The position numbers and the translations under genes were made by a program. Of a stretch of DNA of 64,000 nucleotides, positions 23,909 through 37,066 are shown piece by piece. The notes beneath the pieces were generated by a model. It was not told the origin of the DNA, did no database searches, and saw only the letters and a list, made by a program, of their open reading frames with translations. This DNA comes from Octopus sinensis (Eukaryota): the NCBI RefSeq assembly GCF_006345805.1, contig NC_043024.1:10974001-11038000 (forward strand). The letters are read 5' to 3'. Every line of letters begins with the position of its first letter. Within the stretch, counting starts at the first letter, position 1.

Positions 23909-24610
23909 GTTTATTTAGGTTTCTTCCCGCAGTATCGAATTTAGACATTTAAAACTCTACAAGCTTATAGCTTAGGGCCTCAATCTACAGGGCCTCAAAA
24001 TAATTAAATGGCATACATGTTTCTTAGTTTTTGTAAGGCACTGTGTAGTAATTTTTAAATAAGGGCCCTCCTAGTTTTGTGTAACTTTGGGTTTCACAAA
24101 ATGTAAATCCGACAGTATTTTCCTATTAATTCCAGTAAGGTGCGATTTGTAAGCAAATTGGCTGTTATTTCTAGCAAATTCAGAAACAGATAGAGATTCG
24201 TTCGTTTATTAATTTTGTAGGATGAGAATCTCCGTACTCGAAAAGGGGGATTCTAAAAAAAAAAAAAAATTGGAAAGGGGCTACGGTCCACATTCTTTAG
24301 GTCCACCCGTTAATACAACGAAGAGAGAGAGAGGGAAAAAAATGGGAGATTTTTTTCGTACCACAATTATAGCTTGGTACTTCTTGATGCAACTGTTTCT
24401 ATTCATACACTTTACATGACCGAACCAGCATAGTCTTCTCTCTTACTCACCACATCGGATGCCTTGTGTTCCGTGTTTTTCTTTCAACTCACTTACTGAC
24501 ATTTTTTTCTCTTCTCAACTCTGCCTGCAATGAATTTGCTTTTAGGTGTTAAAATGTCACAAACATATTTTAACTAACCTAAAGTTTGCTTATCACTATT
24601 ATTATAAAGT

Positions 24611-25066
24611 GTGGAGGCGCGTGGCTTAGTGGTTAGGGTGTCAGCATCATGATCGTAAGATTGTGGTTTCGATTCCTAGACCGGGCGACGCGTTGTGTTC
24701 TTGAGCAAGACACTTCATTTCACGTTGCTCCAGTCCACTCAGCTGGCAAAAATGAGTAACGCTGTGATGGACTGGCGTCCCGTCCAGCTGGGGAACACAT
24801 ACGCCATTGAAACCGGGAAGCCGGGCCCATGAGCCTGGCTAGGCTTTAAAAGGGCGCATTTATTTGTGGAGGCGAGTGGCTTAGTGGTTAGGGTGTCAGC
24901 ATCATGATCGTAAGATTGTGGTTTCAATTCCTGGACTGGGCAATGTGTTGTGTTCTTGAGCAAAATGCTGCGATGGACTGGCGTCCTGTCCACTTGGGAA
25001 AACATATGCCATAGAAACTGGGAAACTGGGCCCATGAGCCTGGCTAGGCTTTAAAGGGGTGCATTT
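24611..25066 (+). mobile_element. Head-to-tail dimer of a V-domain-like tRNA SINE
   Basis: Two GTGGAGGCG..TGGCTTAGTGG heads (24611, 24866); GATGGACTGGCGTCCCGTCCAG resembles the V-SINE core. Confidence 0.7.
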
Positions 25067-25617
25067 ATTTATTTATTTTATTATAAAAGACAAGGATTTA
25101 GCAGAAGCAAAAGACGCAGAATCAGACCAAGTTCCTTAGGTGTTTATATCTATATTCTTTCTATATTTTATGTTGCTTAGAAAACGAAGCAAAATGAATC
25201 AATTTTCCCTTCTCTCACCCCCACCTCTTCACCCTGTACTCATGCTGTGATTGATTTTAAGTTAAGTTAGTTAAGTTAATTTTTTGGCTCAAAAAGCAAA
25301 AAGCAAGGCCATGTAGGGGGACATGGAGTTATGTACAGGGAGGGTGTTCATGCAAAGAGTTCAGGCCATTTCTGGTCAAGAGAGACTTTGAACCGAGCGG
25401 TCGTCGGCATCTTCACTATCTCGTCCGGCAGCTTATTCCACGGATCCGCAACCCGGACGGAGAAAGCCCCCTCTCCTTCGATTGAGATGAAATCGTCGCA
25501 GATAGAGCTTTTCAGAGTGACCCCACAGCCGACGCTCTGGAGTAGGAGTGAAGAACAGCTCTTTCGAGAAATTACACTTTCCGCTTATGATGTTGTTTTT
25601 GTTTGTTTGTTTTTCAG

Positions 25618-25856
25618 ACAAATCTTCTGAAAAGCCCAAAGGCTTTGAATTTTGGCATACAAAGCTGAACAGCGCCAAATATGTTGTGGCCCCAATGGTG
25701 GACCAGAGCGAGTTGGCATGGCGAATGCTGAGTCGGAAGTATGGAGCTCAGCTGTGCTATACACCGATGCTACATGCCTCCGTCTTCACACGGAACCAAA
25801 CATACCGGGAAGAATCTTTGACCACGTGTGAAGAAGACCGACCACTGATTGTTCAA
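25618..25856 (+). CDS. DUS1L: DUS1L (tRNA-dihydrouridine synthase 1-like) exon 2
   Basis: [49 protein letters not shown]...EDRPLIVQ; hallmark Dus1 motifs; 239 nt, phase 1-0. Confidence 0.95.
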
Positions 25857-26089
25857 GTAAGTAAAATGAAAATAAAATATCATCTTCCTCCCCATCCTTA
25901 TCATCACCATCATCATTCAACTGCCACTTTTCCATGCTTGCATGGGTTAGATCAGGAGTGGGGAAACTTTTTAGTGCGGCAGGCAAAAATTTCCTAAGAA
26001 AATAGTCCACAGGTGGATCACAGTTTCTCTTATATCTGTGTAAATGTTGTATATATCTATGTATAATTTGATATACATTAATAAAGATA

Positions 26090-26300
26090 AGTTTAACACA
26101 TTAAATTCACAGCTCTTCCCGAAGAACCTGAGAGACCTGCATGGGGTGGATGTAGATGTCTTTAAAATAAAACTGGATCACTTCCTGTCAGGTGTCCCAG
26201 ATGAACCAACTTCACGGCAAGAGGGGCAGATGAGGGCAGCTGCATCAAACTCTCTCATGCACCAAATGGCAATTGCTAAAAAGCATTCGTGAAGTAAAAT
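26090..26300 (+). mobile_element. CR1/L2-group LINE 3' fragment
   Basis: LFPKNLRDLHGVDVDVFKIKLDHFLSGVPDEP...RAAASNSL, a common C-terminus of this group. Confidence 0.6.
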
Positions 26301-26711
26301 CATGTAGCAACACCAAATGGCGGTGCCCCAGCATGGCCACAGCTCGTGAGCTGAAATTAGATAAAATAAAAAATTAAAATAAAATGCATTTGTGTGTCTG
26401 TGTTTGTCCCCCTAGCATTGCTTGACAACCGATGCTGGTGTGTTTACGTCCCCATCACTAAGCGGTTCGGCAAAAGAGACCGATAGAATAAGTACTGGGC
26501 TTACAAAAGAATAATTCCCGGGGTCGAGTTGCTCAATTAAAGGCGGTGCTTCAGCATGGCTGCAGTCAAATGACTGAAACAAGTAAAAGAGTAAAGAGAG
26601 CTGTTGCTGAGCATTTTGTCTCAATGTTCTGTTAGCTCACCTAATAATAATAATAATAATAATAATGATTGTTTTAAAAAACGATATTGCTTGTTTTTTT
26701 GTTGTGTTCAG

Positions 26712-26871
26712 TTTTGTGCCAACGACCCACAGACTTTGCTGCAAGCGGCCAAATTAGCAGAGAAGTATTGTGATGCGATTGATATCAACCTTGGATGTCC
26801 TCAGAAGATTGCTAAAAAGGGACACTATGGTGCCTTTCTTCAAGACGAATGGGATCTTCTCTACAAAATGG
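26712..26871 (+). CDS. DUS1L: DUS1L exon 3 (catalytic NLGCP motif)
   Basis: [53 protein letters not shown]; 160 nt, phase 0-1. Confidence 0.95.
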
Positions 26872-27299
26872 GTGAGTTTCTACTACTTTCTCTCATTAGT
26901 GATCATTTGGTAACTAGCAAAGTCACACTCCAGTGTGTAGCAAAGTCACACTCGAGTTTGTAGCAAGGTTACACTCCAGTGTGTAACAATGTCACACTCC
27001 AGTTTGTAGCAAGGACCTAGTACTCAATGAGTACTTTAATTTCTCAACCCTGATTGGATGAAAAGCAGAATTGATTTTGGTGAAATTTGAGACTTAGTAG
27101 AAGTAGTAGTGGTGGTGACATATATACAACGGGCTTCTTTCAGTTTCCGTCTACCAAATCCACTCCCAAGGCTTTGGTCGGCCCGAGGCTATAGCAGAAG
27201 AAACTTGCCCAAGATGCCACGCAGTGGGACTGAACCCGAAACCATGTGGTTGGTAAGCAAGCTACTTACCACACAGCCACTCCTGCGCCTATATATATA

Positions 27300-27374
<75 letters not shown>

Positions 27375-28173
27375 GATGGGCTTCTTTCAGTTTCCGTCTA
27401 CCAAATCCACTCCCAAGGCTTTGGTCGGCCCGAGGCTATAGTAGAAGACACTCATCCAAGGTGTCACGCAGTGGGACTGAACCCGAAACCATGTGGTTGG
27501 TAAGCAAGCTACTTACCACACAGCCACTCCTACACCTACCGATGATGATTTCTTTATCAACAGTAATGCTTATTTATTCACATTGTTTTGAATTAAGCAC
27601 ACATTATCTTTTAGTTTTGAGATTGCAATGGTGTGTTTGCATATTTTCAGAATGACATTGTAGGGTAGGTGTGAGAAGTTGGATCTAGTCATCATCATCA
27701 TCATCATCGTTTAACGTCCGCTTTCTATGCTAGCATGGATTGGACGGTTCAACTGGGGCCTGGGAAGCCAGGAGGCTGCACCAGACTCCAGTCTGATCTG
27801 GCAGTGTTTCTACAGCTGGATGCCCTACCTAACGCCAACCACTCCGTGAGCGTAGTGGGTGCTTTTTACGTGCCACTGGCATAGGTGCCAGACAAGGCTG
27901 GCAAACGGCCACAATCGGATGGTGCTTTTTACGTGCCACCGGCACAGAGGCCAGTCGGGGTGGTGCTGGCAACGGCCACATTCGGATAATTCCCTTACAT
28001 GCCACTGGCACTGGTATCACAGCTACAATTTCCATTGATGTTGATCGATTTCAATTAGTTAGTTTTAGCATAAAACCTGGAATATTTGGACTGGTTAATA
28101 ATCCGTTTCAATGCTAAAGAGTACCATGTCAAACATCAATTGTTTCAATCCATTTTTCTCTTCTTCTTCTCAG

Positions 28174-28286
28174 TGGATCTCTGCAACCGTCAACTTAGTG
28201 TCCCTGTTACATGCAAGATACGTGTATTCGAGAACGTTGAGAAAACCGTGAAATATGCTCAGATGTTGGAAAAGGCTGGTTGTCAG
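28174..28286 (+). CDS. DUS1L: DUS1L exon 4
   Basis: [37 protein letters not shown]; 113 nt, phase 1-0. Confidence 0.95.
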
Positions 28287-28870
28287 GTGAGTACACTACT
28301 TTCTAGCCTCTGTCGATTTGTATTGTACCAATCTACATTTAAAATAAACAATTACAAGTACGCACACCTGTGCGTACCTTTTCCTTCTGTGGACACTAAA
28401 CTCTGCTTGCAAAGACCTGTTGAGGCAAGTGAAATCGAAATCAAAATGAAATTTGATAATGGGCACGAGCACCATCCGAGTGTGATCATTGCCAGAGCGG
28501 CTGACCGGCTTCCGTGCCGGTGGCATGTAGGAGGCACCATTCGAGCGTGATCGTTACCAGCTTCGCCTTACTGGCACCTGTGCCGTTTGCATGTGTAAAA
28601 AAAAATTCGAGCGAGGTCATTGCCAGTACTGCCTGACTGGCCCCCATACTGGTGGCACGTAAAAGCACCCACTACACTCTTGAAGTGGTTGGTGTTAGGA
28701 AGGGCATCCAGCTGTAGAAACTCTGCCAGATCAGACTGGAGCCTGGTGCAGCCATCTGGTTTGCCAGCGCACAGTCAAACCGTCCAACCCATGCTAGCAT
28801 GGAAAACGGACGTTAAACGACGTCGATGATGATGATGATGATGATGATTGACATCATTGAAATGTCAAAG

Positions 28871-29604
28871 CGGTGCTTTTCAATCTTTTAGCTGGAGCGG
28901 AACCCCAAGGAAACATTCCACTGGCTCAAGGAACCCCTGTGCAATAATTTAATTGTCTTATGTACACATATCTGCACAGGAGAATTAAAAATTACTGCCG
29001 ATTTTAGCAGTTTTGTAACTTCTTGCGGAACCCCTGGACTGTACTGGCGGAGCCCTGGTTGAAAACCACTGATATACATACATATACATATACACATATA
29101 TATATATGCATATATATACACACATACATATACATCAGTGCTTTTCAAACATTTTGCTGGAGCGGAACCCCAAGGAAACATTCCACTGGCTCAAGGAACC
29201 CCTGTGCAATAATTTAATAGTCTTATGCACACATATCTGCACAGGAGAATTAAAAATTACTGTCGACTTTAGCATTTTTGTAACTTCTTGCGGAACCCCT
29301 GGACTGTACTGGCAGAACCCTGGTTGAAAACCACTGATATACATACATATATATATATATACACATATATATATGCACATATATACACACATACATATAC
29401 ATTAGTGCTTTTCAAACTTTTTGTTGGAGCGGAACCCCCAAGGAAACATTCCACTGGCTCGAGGAACCCCTGTGCAATAATTTAATAGTCTTATGCACAC
29501 ATATCTGCACAGGAGAATTAAAAATTACTGCCGATTTTAGCATTTTTGTAACCTCTTGCGGAACCCCTGGACTGTACTGGCGGAACCCTGGTTGAAAACC
29601 ACTG
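28871..29604 (+). mobile_element. hAT-type MITE trimer
   Basis: Units 28871-29071, 29136-29336 and 29403-29604 with CAGTGCTTTTCAA/TTGAAAACCACTG TIRs; 8-bp TSD TGTCAAAG at 28863-28870 and 29605-29612. Confidence 0.88.
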
Positions 29605-30027
29605 TGTCAAAGCAACAAGATAATGCATGATTAACCCAAAACATTGTGAATATATAAGCATTACATTTGGCGGAGTAATCTAAATGCTAAGAGGTCAAAC
29701 CAACCTGATTGAGCCGAAATATTCTACCTGTTTTATATTCAAACTGGCCAGGTCTGGCCTCTCACACTTTCCCCACAATGTCATTCTGAAATTAAACAAT
29801 CAACACTATGAGATAATGTTCGATTAATTCAAAATAATGCAAATTAACCAATATTACATTTGTAAGAGTAATTTCAATGCTAACAGGTTAAAGAATCTTA
29901 GGCACAATATTTTCATGTGCGTGTGTGTCTGTATTTGTTGTGTATTAATTAAAGAATTAATTAGACAATTATATGTTAACGAACCATCATCATTGAAATG
30001 GTCTTTTTTCCCTTCTGAACTTTACAG

Positions 30028-30110
30028 TTGCTGACCGTACATGGAAGAACTCGAGAACAGAAAGGTCCAATGACTGGTCTGGCCAGTTGGAAACATATCA
30101 AAGCAGTCAA
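30028..30110 (+). CDS. DUS1L: DUS1L exon 5
   Basis: [27 protein letters not shown]; 83 nt, phase 0-2. Confidence 0.95.
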
Positions 30111-31337
30111 GTAAGACTTCTTTTCAGTCCGTCATAAACAACTCTTTGCTCTCTCTTTACTCTTTTACTTGTTTCAGTCATTTGACTGCGGCCATGCTGG
30201 AGCACTGCCTTTAGTCGAGCAACTCGACCCCGGGACTTATTCTTTGTAAACCTAGTTCTTATTCTATTGGTCTCTTTTGCCGAACCGCTAAGTAACGGGG
30301 ACGTAAACACACCAGCATCGGTTGTCAAGCAATGCTAGGGAGACAAACACAGACACACACACGCATATATATACATATATACGACGGGCTTCTTTCAGTT
30401 TCCGTCTACCAAATTCACTCACAAGGCTTTGGTCGTCCCGAGGCTATAGTAGAAGACACTTGTCCAAGGTGCCACGCAGTGGGACTGAACCCGGAACCAT
30501 GTGGTTGGTAAGCAAGCTACTTACCACACAGCCACTCCTATATATATATATATATATACATATATACGACGGGCTTCTTTCAGTTTCTGTCTACCAAATC
30601 CACTCACAAGGCTTTGGTCGGCCCTTGGCTATAGTAGAAGACACTTGCCCAAGGTGCTACGCAGTGGGACTGAACCCAGAACCATGTGGTTGGTAAGCAA
30701 GCTACTTACCACACAGCCACTCCTGCTTATTTTGGTTTGTTTTTATTTGCATGACTTAAACAAGCGTAGTCATGTGATACGAGGTTTGCTTCCCAACAAC
30801 ATGGTTCTGGGTTCAGTCCCACTGTGTGGCAACTTGGGTAACTGTCTTTGACCATAGCCCCGGGCAAATCAATGCCTTGTGAGTGGATTTGGTAGATGGA
30901 AACTAAATATATATACATACACTCTTTTACTTGTTTGACTGCGGCCATGCAAATCGACCCTCAGGACTTATTCTTTGTAAGCCTAGTACTTATTCTATCG
31001 GTCTCTTTTGCCGAACTGCTAAGTGACAGGGACATAAACACACCAGCATCGGTTGTCAAGCAATGCTAGGGGGACAAACACAGACACGCAAACATATGCT
31101 CACACATACATATATACGACAGGCTTCTTTCAGTTTCTGTCTACCAAATCCACTCACAAGGCTTTGGTCGGCCTGAGGCTATAGCAGAAGACACTTGCCC
31201 AAGATACTATGCAGTGGGACTGAACCCAGAACCATGTTGTTGGGAAGCAAGCTACTTACCACACAGCCACTCCTGCGCCTTCTTATCTGTATATATATAT
31301 ATATATTATTGAGGGTTTTTTTTGTTTTATTTCCCAG

Positions 31338-31441
31338 GGAGAATGTTAGCATTCCTGTGTTTGCAAATGGCAACATTCAGTACCTTGAAGATGTCGACAG
31401 GTGTGTGAAGGAGACCGGGGTGAATGGAGTCATGTCTGCAG
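31338..31441 (+). CDS. DUS1L: DUS1L exon 6
   Basis: [34 protein letters not shown]; 104 nt, phase 2-1. Confidence 0.95.
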
Positions 31442-32453
31442 GTAAGAACACCCACCACTCCTCTCCACACACACACACACACCAAATGAAACCAGTGAAG
31501 GAAATTAACTTTTATAAAAATAACAACCATGTCTCCATGAAATCACTTCATATCTTCTTTAAAAAAAAGGAAGGACACACTGGATAGTGTAGTCTTTGAT
31601 GACACTATGCCTAAAAATAAGGTAGATTGGCATGGTTGGATTGTCTTTGTTCATGGGTCTGCTTGGTTGTATTCCAAATTACCAGCTTAACCCTTCTTAT
31701 ACCACTTTTGATTCAATGATGCAAACTCTTTACTCTTTTACTTGTTTCAGTCAGTTGACTGTGGCCATGCTGGAGCACCGCCTTTTAGTCGAGCAAATCG
31801 ACCCCAAGACTTATTCTTTGTAAGCTATCGGTTTCTTTTTGCCGAACCGCTAAGTTACAGGGACATAAACACACCAGCATTGGTTGTCAAGCAATGTTGG
31901 GGGGATAAATACAGACACACAAACATGTATACATATATATATACATATATATATATATACACATATATATACACATATACATATACACACATATATACAT
32001 ACATACATATATATACATATATACATACATACATATATACATACATACATATATACATACATACATATACATATACATACATATATACATACATACATAT
32101 ACATATATATATATATATATACATATATATACATATATATGACAGGCTTCTTCCGTCTACCAAATTCACTCAGAAGGCTTTGGTCGGCCCGAGGCTATAG
32201 TAGAAGACACTTGCCCAAGGTGCCACGCAGTGGGATTGAACCCAGAACCATGTGGTTGGTAAGCAAACTACTTACCACACAGCTACTCCTTTAAAACATT
32301 TTGTTTTAAAGAGATCTAAAATCAAAATTTCATGCCAGCCTGAAAAACGTATCAAATGTTGATGGCAGTGGGAAGAAACGGAGGGAGGACGAAAATTAAA
32401 ATATCTTTTGTAGTTTTGAAAAAAAATCAAATTAAACCTTCTTGGTTTTGCAG

Positions 32454-32598
32454 AGGGGAATTTGCATAATCCAGCATTGTTTAATGGCATCAATCCACCG
32501 ATTTGGGAAGTTGCAGAGGAATACATGAAGATGGTTGATGCGTATCCATGTCCAATGTCTTATATTCGAGGACATTTGTTTAAAATGTTCCATCATGC
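32454..32598 (+). CDS. DUS1L: DUS1L exon 7
   Basis: [47 protein letters not shown]; 145 nt, phase 1-2. Confidence 0.95.
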
Positions 32599-33580
32599 GT
32601 GAGTTTTCGCTTTTTTCTCAATTATAATGTTTATTTATTCACTTTTTAAAAAATTAATCATGCATTACCCCCCCCCCCATAGCTTCAAGATTTGAATGAT
32701 GTATTTGTTTACTTTTAAAATGGCATTGTATGATAAGCATGAGAGGCCAGATATGGCCTGTTGGAGCATAAAACAAGTGGAATATTTTAGGCCAGATGTA
32801 GCACCCCACCCTTGCTTCCCCCACACCACATCACATCACTCTGTACACACTAGCACTGACCACTTCCCAGCACCCACACCATCATCCACACACTTCAATG
32901 TCACCAGACCCCTTCCACATGCACACACACCTTCGTTTTCAGATCACCACTACTTTATTATCTCCCCTTCTTCCTAGCTCTCCTGTGTGACCCCTCTGTC
33001 CAGAATTCACCATGATAGATCGCTAGCCACTAAGCCTTTTTCTATTTTCTCTCCCTGTTTATTCCTGTGTTCCTTACAGTTGAAGAGCATAGACTCGAAA
33101 TATAAAAGATTTTCTCACTTCCCAAGCGTTAAACTAATACACCTGTTTGTTGTTTACACACCCGTCTTCGTCTTTTGTCTTTTTGAAAATTCTTACTATA
33201 TTTATTAGCACTAGCGTAGCTAGATTGTGTGCCACCCGGGGTAGCCCTTCCATTTTCCACCCCTGAACCCCACAAAAAACACATATTGCCTACACCAGAC
33301 CCAAAAGTAGTGCCCCTTTAAAAGTGCTGCCCGGAACAGACCCCTCCCCACCCCCAGCTACACAGTGAGACGCTGGGGTCGATGTAATTGACTAGTAGAA
33401 AGGATTATTATTATCATTATTATTTTTTAATTATTACTATTATTTGTTATTATTATTATTATTTTTTAAAAATTATTATTATTATTATCATTATCATTTT
33501 TATTATTATTTTGTATCATTATTATTATTTTTTCCCTGCTCCATTCATCAGTCATATTTCTTACCATTTCGACATTTCAG

Positions 33581-33677
33581 CATCCAAATTCATGCGGACA
33601 TTCGTGAGGAAGTTGCTAAAGGAAAGACGGTGGAGTGCTTTAAGATGGCAACACAACTGATGAGAGAGAGATGCCTG
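33581..33677 (+). CDS. DUS1L: DUS1L exon 8
   Basis: IQIHADIREEVAKGKTVECFKMATQLMRERCL; 97 nt, phase 2-0. Confidence 0.9.
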
Positions 33678-33824
33678 GTAGGTGGGACCCAGTCGCTAGT
33701 TGTTGTTGTTTAACCCTGGGTCACTCCTGATCGAGTAGACCTTGACAGCACTACATCTGCATGTCGAGGGTTGCCAGATATATTTGTTTGCCTTTTTTTT
33801 TATATTTCCCTTTCTTCCTTTTCC

Positions 33825-34250
33825 TCGCTCTCACCCTCCTCTTTCAATCTCTCTCCCTCACTCTTTCTCTTCCTCTCTTTCAATCTCTCTCCCTCACTCT
33901 TTCTCTTCCTTCCTCTCTTTCAATCTCTCTCCCTCACTCTTTCTCTTCCTCTCTTTCAATCTCTCTCCCTCACTCTTTCTCTTCCTTCCTCTCTTTTAAT
34001 CTCTCTCCCTCACTCTTTCTCTTCCTCTCTTTCAATCTCTCTCCCTCACTCTTTTCCTTCTTCCCCTTCCATGCTCTCTTCTTCCTCTTCCTTGCTCTCT
34101 TTCAGTCTCTCACCCTTCTCTTCTCCTTCCTCTTCCTCAATCTCTCTCCCTCCCTCTTTCCTTTCCTTACTCTCTCCTTCCTCTCTTTTTCAATCTCTCT
34201 CTCACTCTTTCCCTTCTCTCCCCTTTCCTTCCTTCCTCCTCTCTCTCCCT
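33825..34250. repeat. Polypyrimidine tandem repeat (about 39/43-bp units)
   Basis: Repeated TTCAATCTCTCTCCCTCACTCTTTCTCTTCC(TTCC)TCTCT. Confidence 0.9.
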
Positions 34251-34318
34251 CCCATCCCATCCATCCATCTGATGTTTTCCCCGTCAAATAATCTCTTCTT
34301 AACATTTTCTTTCACCAG

Positions 34319-34413
34319 AGAGACATTGAGAGGATTAAAGAAGACCCAACCATCACCTACAAACCATCCCTGCCTCATCCCTACTGGATCTGTCAGCCTT
34401 ACGTTAGACCAGA
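34319..34413 (+). CDS. DUS1L: DUS1L exon 9
   Basis: RDIERIKEDPTITYKPSLPHPYWICQPYVRP; conserved WICQPY motif; 95 nt, phase 0-2. Confidence 0.9.
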
Positions 34414-35803
34414 GTAAGAAGATATATTTACCTTTTTTTTCTTGCTTCATCACTGGGATATTATTGTTGTTATTATTATTATTATTATCATCATAAGGTG
34501 GTGAGCTGGCAGAATCGTTAGCACACCGGGTGAAATGCTTTGTGGTATTTCACCCATCGCTGCATTCTGAGTTCAAATTCTGCCAAGGTAAACTTTGCCT
34601 TTCATCCTTTCGGGCTCGATAAATTAAGTACCAGTTACGCATTGGGGTCGATATAATCGACTCAATCCGTTTGTTTGTCCTTGTTTGTCCCTTCTGTGTT
34701 TAGCCCCTTGTGGGTAGTAAAGAAATAGGTATTTTGTCCGTCGTTACGTTGAGTTCAAATTCTACCGAGGTCAACTTTGTCTTTCATCCTTTCAGAGTCA
34801 ATAAAATAAGTACCAGTTGAACACTGGGGTTGATGTAATCGACTCATCCCCTCCCCCAAAACTGCTGCCCTTGTGGCAAAATTTCAAACCATTATTATTA
34901 TTATTATTATTAAGGTGGTGAACTAGCAGAATCGTTAGCACACTGGGAAAATTCTTAGCAGTATTTCACCACATTTTATTCGCACGACATTAGTTGTCCC
35001 AAATCTATTTTAGTAGACGCTCACCCACGATTCCATGCAGTGGCGTGGAATGGGATTGAACCTAAAGCCACGTGTTTATGAAGCAGACTTAACACCCACC
35101 GCCTGCATCTACACATTTCTGTATTGGTTTTTTATACACTAACATCGTCCGTGCCAACACAGTTGTCTCCCCTTGTTCGTTTCTCTGTTGCAGAACTTTT
35201 CTCCCTCTCAGCTGCAACATCGCTGTTACCCTTTCTGCAGTAGCAGCACCGTCTTTATTAACGGTCCTCACATCATCACCTCAGTGCATTATGACCGTTC
35301 TGGCTTACACTAAAACTGCTATCCCCTTTTTTCACAATTTCTTCAGCTCCATCCTCCAAACAGCAAAGATTCAGACACCATTTGCAAATATGAAAAAAAC
35401 TGTCATGGATCTTTTCCTTTTGATAGCCAGAATTCAACCCAATTTCTAGTTAACTAAACACTTTAAAACTTCGTATACTGGTAGAATGTGTCAAAAGAAA
35501 ACATTATTTTCACTTGGCTTTTTTGATAAATTTGTAATTCGTTTGTTTAACGTAGTTTAATTTTTCGAATTTTAACCAATCCTATGCTCTCTTTTGAGCT
35601 GAAATCATTTGCTGCGTTATCGATATTGATAAACAAACGAGGAGGGTTGTGTTGGCATGTGCTAGAAATAACAGCCATATCTCTTAAATCGATGAATTTC
35701 GTTGCCCAATAAATTTAATCAACAATTAACTCCCAGCCTGAGCCAGTGACAAATCCCTTGTTGCTAACAATTACTGATATTATAACATGTTATATTTACT
35801 ACT

Positions 35804-36401
35804 GTGGAGGCACTTGGCCTAGTGATTAGAGCAGCGGACTCGCAGTCGAGGGATCGCGGGTTCGAATCTCAGACTGGGCGATGTGTGTGTTTATGAGCAA
35901 AACAGCTAAGCTCCACGCGGCTCTGGCAGAAGGTAATGGCAAACTTCTGCCAACTCTTTCGCCACAACTTTCTCTCACTCTTTCCTCCTGCATCTCACCT
36001 GTGACGGGCTGGCGTTCCATCCAGGTGGGGGACCTATACGCCAAGCAAACCGGGAAACCGGCCCTTTTGAGCCTGGCATGGCTCTAGAAGGAACATTTGT
36101 GGAGGCAAATGGCCTAGTGGTTACAGCAGCGGACTTGCAGTCGAGAGATCGTGGGTTCGAATCTCAGACCGGGTGATATGTGTTTTTATGAGCGAAACAC
36201 CTAAGCTCCATGCGGCTCCGGCAGAAGGTAATGGCGAACTTCTGCTGACTCTTTCGCCACAACTTTCTCTCACTCTTTCTGCCTGCATCTTGCAGCTCAC
36301 CTGCGACGGACCGGCATTCCGTCCAGGTGGAGAACCTATACGCCAAGGAAACCGGGGAAGCTGGCCCTTATGAGCCAAGCGTGGCTCAAGAAGGAACAAA
36401 C
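35804..36401 (+). mobile_element. Head-to-tail dimer of a tRNA SINE (family 5)
   Basis: Heads at 35804 and 36099 with B-box GGGTTCGAATC; 10-bp TSD ATTTACTACT at 35794-35803 and 36402-36411; minus-strand monomer at about 59270-59555. Confidence 0.8.
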
Positions 36402-36692
36402 ATTTACTACTGCTAATATTACTACATCCAGTTGAAAACAAGGCTTAGAAATCGTATTTAAACATGGCTGTCTGCTGACTAATACTATACTCTTGTTCTT
36501 TGAAGAGTAAAGCCTGCTTATGGCCAATCTTTTTAGATTCCTGTATTAGCAAAATTGAGAATTGCTATGGAATATCACTTGAAACCCTAGTGTCCCTTAA
36601 TACCTACCCCAATCCCTAATATACCACTAATTCCTACCCAATCCTTAGTCCCCGTCTAATCCCAGATATTAATCCAATTCTCTGTCCTTCAG

Positions 36693-36915
36693 TCCTTCAG
36701 AATTGAACACACAATCAAAGAAACAAAAAGGTGAGAACAACTCAGATTCTGGTTCCGATAAGAGCAAACTGAAGAGGCCCCTCGGGGAGCTGAGCATCGA
36801 GGACAGCAACCTGTCGAAGAAGAAGCTGAAGAAGAAGATGCGTTACCCCAAGAAATGCTTCGATGTCACTTGGAAGATCAAGTACGAGAGGTGTGGCCTG
36901 TGCGCAAACCCAAAG
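36693..36915 (+). CDS. DUS1L: DUS1L exon 10
   Basis: PSELNTQSKKQ...LSKKKLKKKMRYPKKCFDVTWKIKYERCGLCANPK; 223 nt, phase 2-0 using the first of two tandem acceptors. Confidence 0.88.
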
Positions 36916-37066
36916 GTTAGAGCAGTCACTTGTTGTTGTTGTTGCTGTTCTTGTTCCTGTTGTTGTTGTTGTGGTTCTTGTTCTTGTTTCTGTTGCTGTC
37001 GTCTTTATCATGTTGTTGTTGTTTTTTGTAGCCCTGTTTGCTAAAAGATATTTGGTGTATAGGTGG

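Noticed and set aside
24611-24690. tRNA-like sequences here and at 35804, 36099, 20540-20612 and the SINE family 1 heads
   Set aside because: A and B boxes are present but no clean cloverleaf forms, and each continues into a SINE body.
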